From positions 1-42,997 of IMG/VR virus record IMGVR_UViG_3300045988_028876: a stretch of 42,997 nucleotides of DNA, one strand, 5' to 3'. The position numbers and the translations under genes are program-made. This document shows, piece by piece, positions 15,243-21,343 of the stretch. Positions within the stretch are counted from its first letter, which is position 1. Each line of letters starts with the position of its first letter. The stretch is from a virus. Under the pieces are notes generated by a model that searched no databases, was not told the origin of the DNA, and saw nothing but the letters and a program-made list of their open reading frames with translations.

Positions 15243-15290
15243 TGGTGGAGACTACAGAACTCGAATCTGTGACCTCTTGCGTGTGAAGCA
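15243..15290 (-). other. attP core: 3' 48 nt of a tRNA-Val(CAC) (anticodon loop to CCA); not a complete tRNA gene
   Basis: Minus strand reads tgc/TTCACAC/gcaag AGGTC ACAGA TTCGAGT TCTGT AGTCTCC A CCA. This gives a canonical T-arm, variable loop and acceptor 3' strand. The 5' half is absent. Confidence 0.75.
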
Positions 15291-15291
15291 T

Positions 15292-15363
15292 ATCAGGACC
15301 ATATTTTACGATGGTTGAAGATGGTTTGTCCTGATTTTTCAACGGTTTCACGTTCCGTGAAAC
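15292..15363. promoter_or_regulatory. two inverted repeats next to the core (ATCAGGAC..GTCCTGAT; GTTTCACG-ttc-CGTGAAAC)
   Basis: 8-bp arms at 15292..15299 / 15328..15335 and at 15345..15352 / 15356..15363. No U-tract follows, so these look like candidate protein-binding sites. Confidence 0.45.
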
Positions 15364-15370
15364 ACTTCCA

Positions 15371-15403
15371 GACATCAAAGAACAGTTTCGGTTACTAACA
15401 AAT
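15371..15403 (+). repeat. right copies of attP-flanking direct repeats
   Basis: GACATCAAA(N11)GTTACTAACAAAT. It reads DIKEQFRLLTNY*, against the integrase C-terminus DIKTLVEAVDVTSSLLTNK. Confidence 0.8.
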
Positions 15404-15413
15404 TACTAGCATT

Positions 15414-15743
15414 TTATATGCCTTGTAACTTTCTCATCACGCCATTATATACCCGTGGGTTGGCGACATGGAGCGTATCCATTAAATCATCCATGACCTC
15501 CCATACGTCCGCCTGCCTGCGTCCGGAAATGGCCCGGATAAACTCACTGTCGCCATATGCCTCAACAGACGTTGAACCGACAGCGGCGGCGGAATAGCTT
15601 GCCTCATATACAGGTTCCGCCTCCTTATGGTTCATCTGGTTTCGGATGGTGTAAAGGTTAGCCAGTTTGGCGTATGCCGGATAACTGGATTCCCCGTACT
15701 CCAAGCGGGCGATCTCAATGTCAATTTCTTTGGGGTCCAGCAT
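15414..15743 (-). CDS. cargo operon gene 8, hypothetical (109 aa)
   Basis: TAAGGAGGTGG SD. Sequence MLDPKEIDIEIARLEYGESSYPAYAKLANLYTIRNQM... Confidence 0.65.
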   Translation of the reverse strand: MLDPKEIDIEIARLEYGESSYPAYAKLANLYTIRNQMNHKEAEPVYEASYSAAAVGSTSVEAYGDSEFIRAISGRRQADVWEVMDDLMDTLHVANPRVYNGVMRKLQGI

Positions 15744-15755
15744 CGGACCACCTCC

Positions 15756-16163
15756 TTAGACCTTTTCCAGCTGGTCCATGGCCCGGCGCAGAATCTCCTT
15801 CTCCCGCTCATTTGCGCCGCCCATCATGTCCTCCATCTGCTCCATCATGTGTTCTTTGGCATCTCCACGGGAATACACCCGGTCAGGATACATCCGTCCA
15901 GTCCGGCTATACCGCCCCATGCTGTCACGCTTACGGCCCCGGTAGCTGCTGCCACGGCCATAGGTGCCACGCATATCGGCTTCCCAGTCGCCGTCCCGGC
16001 TGTATCCGTCGTCCTCTTCCAGCATCTCGATTTTATCAATATTCTTGATGGTGTCGGTCAGCTTGTGGGCAGCTTCAAGGTCTCCGGCGGACATCTCCGG
16101 CTTCTTGGCAATCTCGTCCAGCTCCATGCAGAGCTTTTCTTTCAGTTCGTGCATATATTCCAT
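15756..16163 (-). CDS. cargo operon gene 7, charged R/G/S/Y-rich-centre protein (135 aa)
   Basis: GGAAGGAGAA SD. Helical ends flank the central stretch GRGSSYRGRKRDSMGRYSRTGR. Confidence 0.65.
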   Translation of the reverse strand: MEYMHELKEKLCMELDEIAKKPEMSAGDLEAAHKLTDTIKNIDKIEMLEEDDGYSRDGDWEADMRGTYGRGSSYRGRKRDSMGRYSRTGRMYPDRVYSRGDAKEHMMEQMEDMMGGANEREKEILRRAMDQLEKV

Positions 16164-16180
16164 GTTGATTCTCCTTCCGT

Positions 16181-16582
16181 TTATGTGGTAGGCGTGGTGG
16201 TCCCGGGAGTCGTCCCATCAATGCTGGCAAGATTGTTGCTGGGAGAGCAGCACGGCTGGCCAAGCATTCGGAACGAACCGCCGGTGGGCGTGGTCACCAC
16301 ACAAACGGAGTAACGGGTGCGGGTACGGATTCCGCAAGCGGTGACCTGGGCGCAGTTGCGCTTCGTGAGCGGGTAAAGGGTCGTGCCCGTTCCAATGGTG
16401 ACGTACACAGGTGCATTGATCGTGGTCGTGTCGGGGATAGCCTGCGCCACAACAATGCAGTATTTCTCCCCGTTGTTGTATGCTCCGGCGGGTAGATTGA
16501 TTTCCAAATTTCCGCCAGTAAATGTGACCGCCTGGCTCAATACCAGATTGTCACACAGGCGGCAAACAGGTTTGCAGGACAT
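16181..16582 (-). CDS. cargo operon gene 6, Cys-rich beta-type protein (133 aa)
   Basis: TTGGAGG SD. It starts MSCKPVCRLC, has internal Cys residues and QPCCSPS, and ends in a T/P-rich tail. Confidence 0.65.
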   Translation of the reverse strand: MSCKPVCRLCDNLVLSQAVTFTGGNLEINLPAGAYNNGEKYCIVVAQAIPDTTTINAPVYVTIGTGTTLYPLTKRNCAQVTACGIRTRTRYSVCVVTTPTGGSFRMLGQPCCSPSNNLASIDGTTPGTTTPTT

Positions 16583-16592
16583 ATAAATACCT

Positions 16593-16630
16593 CCAAAAAG
16601 TCAGAGGCGACAGACGATTAGCCTGCCGCC
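16593..16630 (-). terminator. possible attenuator/terminator between cargo genes 5 and 6
   Basis: GGCGGCAG-N9-CUGUCGCC (one G-U pair), then UCUGACUUUUUGG. Confidence 0.35.
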
Positions 16631-16677
16631 CCGAAGTAATCACGGCAAAGCCGGAAGATGTAAACAGTTAGCGCAGT

Positions 16678-17457
16678 TTAGCAGCCGCAGCCACAATTGC
16701 CGTAGCTCCCGCAGGAACCATAAGCCGCCTGGCTGGCCCAAGGGTTGCAGGTCAGATAGGCCGGGGTGGGGCAAGGCCGCAGGGTGTTCACAAGGTAATT
16801 GTTCTGCGCCTGCTGGCTTGCGGCAAGCTGCAAGCCGAAAATCTGCTGGCTCTGGGCCTGGATTTGGGCATCCTTCGCAGCCATCTCCTGGGAAGTCAGC
16901 TTGTCGAGAATCGCCCGCGTGTTGGCGTTGGCGTTTTCCAGCAGGTCGCGGGTGCTCATGTTGATGGTGTTCCGGGTGTCGCAGGACTGGGTGGCGAGGT
17001 TGTAGTTGGTGTCGGCAAAACCGCGCTCCACCTGCCGCTGGGTCTGGCAGCAACAGTCGGCAAGCTGTGCCTGGACGGCGTTGTTGCCCTGCATGATCGC
17101 CATCTGGGTTGCATTGCCATTGGTCAGGATGGCGGTGTTTACGCCGTTGATCTGCTGGGCGGTGGCATAGAACCCATCACACAGGCCCTGCTGCACGGTG
17201 TCCAGCTTCCGCTCCACCTGCGCAAAGTCGGAGGCGAGGACGTAGTTGTCGATGGCACCAGAGCCGGAGGGCGTAGAGCCACCATTTCCGTTGCCACCCC
17301 AACCGCCGCGATTCCAACCACCGGCAAAGATGAAGAGGAACAAGATAATGATCCACCAGCTGCCATCATTGCCCCAGCCGTTTCCGTTACCGTTGCCGCT
17401 CGTGGAAGAGGCGGGTACAACAGGCATCGTGAAGGGGGTATCAGTTCCGAGAGACAT
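16678..17457 (-). CDS. cargo operon gene 5, membrane-anchored N/Q/A-rich helical protein with Cys clusters (259 aa)
   Basis: AAAGGAG SD. G/N-rich N-terminus, TM segment WWIIILFLFIFAGGW, the motif LADCCCQTQ, and a C-terminus CGSYGNCGCGC. Confidence 0.7.
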   Translation of the reverse strand: MSLGTDTPFTMPVVPASSTSGNGNGNGWGNDGSWWIIILFLFIFAGGWNRGGWGGNGNGGSTPSGSGAIDNYVLASDFAQVERKLDTVQQGLCDGFYATAQQINGVNTAILTNGNATQMAIMQGNNAVQAQLADCCCQTQRQVERGFADTNYNLATQSCDTRNTINMSTRDLLENANANTRAILDKLTSQEMAAKDAQIQAQSQQIFGLQLAASQQAQNNYLVNTLRPCPTPAYLTCNPWASQAAYGSCGSYGNCGCGC

Positions 17458-17514
17458 AGTATTGCTCCTTTCTGAATGTTGATATATTGCTAAATCGTGG
17501 CCACGATTAAAGCC

Positions 17515-17736
17515 TTATTTCCCGAGCATCTGCTGAAATGCCCTTGCCATGCCCTGCAATTCGTTGAATTGCGCCTGTGACATCTGGCCGGAGTTCAGAA
17601 GCTCCTGCACCTTTGCCTTTGGGTCACCCTGGAAGGTTTTTTGAAACTCGTTGAATTGCTGGATCATGCCCATCACGTTCCCCATAGGGCCAGGGAGATT
17701 GCCACCGCCCATTGCGTTGAAAAACGGATTACTCAT
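17515..17736 (-). CDS. cargo operon gene 4, G/M/N/Q-rich small protein (73 aa)
   Basis: AAAAAGGAGG SD. Sequence MSNPFFNAMGGGNLPGPMGNVMGMIQQFNEF... Confidence 0.65.
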   Translation of the reverse strand: MSNPFFNAMGGGNLPGPMGNVMGMIQQFNEFQKTFQGDPKAKVQELLNSGQMSQAQFNELQGMARAFQQMLGK

Positions 17737-18187
17737 CTGCTCCAGCCTCCTTTTTGGTTCTGGTGGTCTTAGGTGCGCTCAGAGCGTCCACACGGGCCGC
17801 TAGAGCGTCTAACTGCTCACGGGTGGCATACTCTACCGCAGGGGGCTGCGGGGCCTGTGTGGGGCTTACAGGGGCCGCTGTGGCCGTCCTCTCCACTAGG
17901 TCGTATATCTTGGTGGTGGGCTTGCCGGATGCGTCAGCTTGCTTGAGGTAGATAACAGGTGCGGTGCTGTCCCACAGGGCAACGGCACTGTTTGGGGCCA
18001 CCGGGTACTCGAATGCCGCCTGCCCGCCGGGAACCCACACAATCTGGGTGTTGTTCTGCTGCTGGGGTGGTTGTTGCATATTTTGCAACGGTTGGTACTG
18101 CCCCGCCCGAAGCTGTGCCAGCTGGTCAGGCATAGGCGGCTGATAAGGTTGGTATGGTGTATAATAAGGCTGATATCCGTATGCCAT
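17729..18187 (-). CDS. cargo operon gene 3, Y/Q/P-rich N-terminus plus a conserved-looking core (152 aa)
   Basis: MAYGYQPYYTPYQPYQPPMPDQ..., then IVWVPGGQAAFEYPVAPNSAVALWD. Confidence 0.65.
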   Translation of the reverse strand: MAYGYQPYYTPYQPYQPPMPDQLAQLRAGQYQPLQNMQQPPQQQNNTQIVWVPGGQAAFEYPVAPNSAVALWDSTAPVIYLKQADASGKPTTKIYDLVERTATAAPVSPTQAPQPPAVEYATREQLDALAARVDALSAPKTTRTKKEAGADE

Positions 18188-18189
18188 AG

Positions 18190-18555
18190 TTAGTCAGTCC
18201 TTTCCCAAAAATAGAGTACGATCTCGTTCCCGCTGTCCCAGGAGTCATAAAGCACACAGTCCCGGATACACACCACATGACCAGACAGGGCAAGGATATA
18301 GGTCCCATGCGGGTGGCTGTCCGCAAACTCCGCCACGGTCACGTCCTCCGGGGCCAGCTCCCGGCGATAGCCATGCCGCCGCAGATATGCCCCCCATGTG
18401 GCGTTAGCTGATGGCATATCCCCCATCAAGCCGCCCTCTACGCAGAGTCCCAGGTAAGTGGTGTACCAGTCCTGGTCCAGCGCCTTAGAAAGCGCTCGAA
18501 CGGTGCAATCGCCTACGTTACGCCCAGCGGGATTCGGGTTGTAATGCGTCCACAT
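18190..18555 (-). CDS. cargo operon gene 2, putative papain-like Cys-His-Asp fold protein (121 aa)
   Basis: YNPNPAGRNVGDCTVRA (Cys), SGHVVCIRD (His) and YDSWDS (Asp), in papain-like order. No signal peptide. Confidence 0.65.
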   Translation of the reverse strand: MWTHYNPNPAGRNVGDCTVRALSKALDQDWYTTYLGLCVEGGLMGDMPSANATWGAYLRRHGYRRELAPEDVTVAEFADSHPHGTYILALSGHVVCIRDCVLYDSWDSGNEIVLYFWERTD

Positions 18556-18691
18556 GGCGGTTATGTTCCTCTACCTCTGTCACATATCGTTCAAGACCGT
18601 TGTCATCTCCCTGGGCCATATACCAGAAAACCGCTTCTCTGGCACATTCGGGATTCATTCCAGTGGCAGTCAAGCGCTCCAAATAGGTCAT
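18518..18691 (-). CDS. possible cargo operon gene 1 (57 aa)
   Basis: MTYLERLTATGMNPECAREAVFWYMAQGDD... Weak SD and a 38-nt overlap with the next gene. This stretch could instead be a leader. Confidence 0.3.
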   Translation of the reverse strand: MTYLERLTATGMNPECAREAVFWYMAQGDDNGLERYVTEVEEHNRHVDALQPESRWA

Positions 18692-18710
18692 ATCAAAACA
18701 CGTCCTTATC

Positions 18711-18775
18711 TAAAAAATAAGGAGGTCCGTGGGGAGGGCGGCGACGTGTACCAACCCTGTATCCCCACGTCCTCC
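18711..18775 (-). terminator. intrinsic terminator 2 of a tandem pair (13-bp interrupted stem plus UUAUUUUUU)
   Basis: GGAGGACGUGGGGA...UCCCCACGGACCUCC, followed by TTATTTTTT on the minus strand. Confidence 0.6.
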
Positions 18776-18789
18776 ATGTCTATATTTTC

Positions 18790-18828
18790 GCAAAAAAATT
18801 CCCCGGCTGGGGTTGCTCCCAGTCGGGG
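18790..18828 (-). terminator. intrinsic terminator 1 of a tandem pair
   Basis: CCCCGACUGGG-N6-CCCAGCCGGGG (one mismatch), followed by AAUUUUUUU. Confidence 0.65.
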
Positions 18829-18839
18829 TTATGTACGGT

Positions 18840-19091
18840 TTATGCTTGATTTGTGTAAAGTTGCTTGGCGACTTCGGACACCTTCTTAAATACGTACTTT
18901 TCATGGGCGGCTACCGCTCCACGATACCAACCTAGTTCTGCCGCCACATCAATCTGGCCCCACTTATCAATATTTCGCCGCTTGGCAATCAGCTCATCGT
19001 CCCGGTGCAGGGCGGATTCATAGATAGCGGTTTCGAGTTGAGAGCGCAAGAGCTTGTCCAGCGGTTCTGGCAAATGTACTCTTGCGCTCAT
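18840..19091 (-). CDS. small sigma-70 region-4-like HTH protein (83 aa)
   Basis: ...DELIAKRRNIDKWGQIDVAAELGWYRGAVAAHEKYVFKKV resembles a region-4 type HTH. Confidence 0.5.
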   Translation of the reverse strand: MSARVHLPEPLDKLLRSQLETAIYESALHRDDELIAKRRNIDKWGQIDVAAELGWYRGAVAAHEKYVFKKVSEVAKQLYTNQA

Positions 19092-19104
19092 ATAGTCACG
19101 TCCT

Positions 19105-19419
19105 TCAACCTAGTCCAATTTTTGTCATCACAAACACAATCAGGCCTCCCACCACTGCCGAGATTACCGCCGCCACAACGGCCTCCCAGCGCTTTCCCGG
19201 TTTGCTCAGGAGGGTGTCCATTTTGCCGTCCAGGCCGTCCAGCTTATCCGTGATGGTGTCTAGCTTCGTCTCGTTGACCGCTTGCTTCGATTCCACCGTC
19301 CGCAGCCGGTCATAGATTTCAGCGTGGGCTTTCTGCCTGTTTTCTTTCTCGGACTTCATATCCTCTTCCAGCCGGTCCACGCGGGATGCCAGCACACAGT
19401 TCTTTTCACAATCGGGCAT
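19105..19419 (-). CDS. XhlA-like lysis-associated membrane protein
   Basis: GAAGGGAGGG SD. Coiled coil plus a C-terminal TM segment (WEAVVAAVISAVVGGLIVFVM), the architecture of PBSX XhlA. Confidence 0.55.
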   Translation of the reverse strand: MPDCEKNCVLASRVDRLEEDMKSEKENRQKAHAEIYDRLRTVESKQAVNETKLDTITDKLDGLDGKMDTLLSKPGKRWEAVVAAVISAVVGGLIVFVMTKIGLG

Positions 19420-19432
19420 ATAGGCCCTCCCT

Positions 19433-19756
19433 TCAAATGGGTGGTGATGGTGATGCGCTGTCATCCTCGATAAAGCCCTTTGACTTGGCCGCTTCGAATG
19501 TAATGCCGCCCTCTTTGTGGTCGCTGGCGCAGAGGCTGAAGTAAGCCTTGCAGCCAGCTATGATAATAGCCTCACCCACACCAACCCCGGCTGTCAGCCA
19601 GGCTGCTGCGGAGGTGTAGCCGTTTGTTATACACAGATACATCAGCGCTAGACATTCTTGCACGATGACGAACCCAGACAGAATGGTCAGCACTGCGATG
19701 ATCTTGTGCCACTCCAGCTTTTTGCGGCGCTTGAGCCGCTTACCCACGGCGCTCAT
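19433..19756 (-). CDS. multi-TM membrane protein, holin-like by position (107 aa)
   Basis: Basic N-terminus KRLKRRKK, then 2-3 hydrophobic segments. It lies directly downstream of the endolysin. Confidence 0.5.
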   Translation of the reverse strand: MSAVGKRLKRRKKLEWHKIIAVLTILSGFVIVQECLALMYLCITNGYTSAAAWLTAGVGVGEAIIIAGCKAYFSLCASDHKEGGITFEAAKSKGFIEDDSASPSPPI

Positions 19757-20513
19757 CGTACCGGGCGAAGAGTGCGCCCACCTGCTCCCGGGTGATTAGG
19801 TCCTGGGGATAGGTCACCGCGCCGCCAGGTTTGAAGATTCCAAGAGCCTCCACAGCGGCCTGGTCCTGCTGCTGGAACCAGTCGCTGGCCGGCTGCTCCC
19901 GCAGCTCCTGTCTATAGCGCTCCATGTTCTCCTTGAATTTCTCATAGCTGTCCATTTCAAGTTCCTCCTTGACATCATTCCGGAAATCATCCATGCTCTT
20001 TCCAAACCGGGGAAACCAGTGTTCCACGTCCCCGTGATTGCTGGCAATGCCTAACCTGGCCCCCTCTGCGTGGCAGATCACCACACCGTCCTCCATGGGG
20101 TCCAGCCCGTACATCTCACAAAGATAGGCCGTCAGCTCCACCGCCTCCCGGTAGACGGCGGCGAAATACTCCGGGTCTGTCAAGTCGTCCTCGCAGATCT
20201 CGAAGGAGATATGGGTGCTGTTTGCGTCGTCCCCGCAGTGCCAGCCCCGCATATTCCAGGGAAGGGTCTGATAGGTGGCAACGCTTCCGTCCGCCAGCAG
20301 CCCGATAAAGGCGTGAACACAGGCCCCCACGCCGGGGCGGTTCCAATCGTTGTTGTTCTGGTTCACGCCCAAAAGGCCGTCGTCCGGGCCGACATAGCGT
20401 TTCAGGTTCGGGTTTTCCGCCCCGGTGCTGTGGACCATCACCCCCTTGGGGGTAATCCAGCGGTTGGCCTTGTAGCAATCATTCTCCGTCAGATAGAGCT
20501 GGTGCAGGTTCAT
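19740..20513 (-). CDS. endolysin: N-acetylmuramoyl-L-alanine amidase (Amidase_2/PGRP-like)
   Basis: VMVHSTGAENP..., VHAFIG and WHCGDDANSTHISFEICED. The start at MNLHQ has a GGGGAGGG SD. Confidence 0.88.
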   Translation of the reverse strand: MNLHQLYLTENDCYKANRWITPKGVMVHSTGAENPNLKRYVGPDDGLLGVNQNNNDWNRPGVGACVHAFIGLLADGSVATYQTLPWNMRGWHCGDDANSTHISFEICEDDLTDPEYFAAVYREAVELTAYLCEMYGLDPMEDGVVICHAEGARLGIASNHGDVEHWFPRFGKSMDDFRNDVKEELEMDSYEKFKENMERYRQELREQPASDWFQQQDQAAVEALGIFKPGGAVTYPQDLITREQVGALFARYDERRG

Positions 20514-20514
20514 G

Positions 20515-20718
20515 CTATCCCTCCCCGTCCAGTACATTCTGTACCTTCTGGCTCTGAGTCCCGAAGTAGAACGCGATTATCACTGCGTAGATGGTCATGA
20601 AGTCCTGGGAAATTTGATTGGTGCAGGCCATGTAGGCGAATACCGCCGTCAAGGCCAGCGTCACCAAAGACTTGACCGATAGAAGGGTCGATAATCGTTT
20701 GATGATGTTGTCCATCAC
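20515..20718 (-). CDS. holin (two TM segments, 67 aa)
   Basis: SVKSLVTLALTAVFAYMAC and FMTIYAVIIAFYFG, with a charged C-terminus. Immediately upstream of the endolysin. Confidence 0.75.
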   Translation of the reverse strand: MMDNIIKRLSTLLSVKSLVTLALTAVFAYMACTNQISQDFMTIYAVIIAFYFGTQSQKVQNVLDGEG

Positions 20719-20951
20719 TTGACCTCCTTCCAGTCCTCGGCCAGCATATCGTCTGCGTTGGCTACCCAGTTATCCACAATGCGGCGGGAGGATACCAAGA
20801 TGAATTTTGTTCCCTCGCTTACGTCCACCGTATCCCCCTTGACGGAGCGGTAGCAGATGCCCGTAGTCAGGGCCACGTATTGGTCCCGCCAGGATGCACG
20901 GGCGATTTTAGAGCCGGATTTGGCTTTTTCGATGGCTTGTGAAAATGTCAT
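20715..20951 (-). CDS. DUF2829-family protein (the family that includes anti-Thoeris Tad2)
   Basis: AAAGGAG SD. MTFSQAIEKAKSGSKIARASWRDQYV...NWVANADDMLAEDWKEV matches the F..A....G.k.aR..W ... W.....D.lA.DW pattern. Confidence 0.6.
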   Translation of the reverse strand: MTFSQAIEKAKSGSKIARASWRDQYVALTTGICYRSVKGDTVDVSEGTKFILVSSRRIVDNWVANADDMLAEDWKEVK

Positions 20952-21019
20952 TGCTTGCTCCTTTCCGGGCATTGCGCCCTGTTGTCAATTTCCTGCCACT
21001 CTCAAGGCGGGGTTATTTT

Positions 21020-21343
21020 TTATGAGAGTGTGACGGTGGAGTCGGAATAAAATCCAACGAGCAAAAACGAAGAAACAACAGACCCTGGGGCACTGATTGC
21101 CGTATAATCAAACGAGCCTGTTCCTGTCACGGACAAAGAAGAGGAACCGTTATTTTTTATAAGCACAGAGTTACCGGATTGGAGCTGTATTTCGGCGTTT
21201 CCGCCCTCCATGATGTTTTGGCTAGAAACTTGTCCATTGTGCGAATAATAAATATCAATATCCGCTCGTCTTACCCCATTTTCGATATGGACCGTCACCG
21301 TCTCTACGCCGCCTTCCCCGCCCACAATCGGATTCAAAATCAT
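21020..21343 (-). CDS. small beta-rich protein after the tail fibre gene (107 aa)
   Basis: ATGA overlap with the fibre gene stop. Lower GC. Sequence MILNPIVGGEGGVETVTVHIENG... Confidence 0.5.
   Translation of the reverse strand: MILNPIVGGEGGVETVTVHIENGVRRADIDIYYSHNGQVSSQNIMEGGNAEIQLQSGNSVLIKNNGSSSLSVTGTGSFDYTAISAPGSVVSSFLLVGFYSDSTVTLS

Noticed and set aside
15243-15290. Possible complete tRNA gene
   Set aside because: Only the anticodon loop to the CCA end is present. The sequence 5' of the anticodon stem does not pair, and there is no D-arm or 5' acceptor strand. I interpret it as the attP core.
15627-17475. Plus-strand ORFs 15627..16313 and 16864..17475
   Set aside because: They are antisense to cargo genes that have strong SDs. 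Their composition is H/V/G/L-rich and not protein-like.
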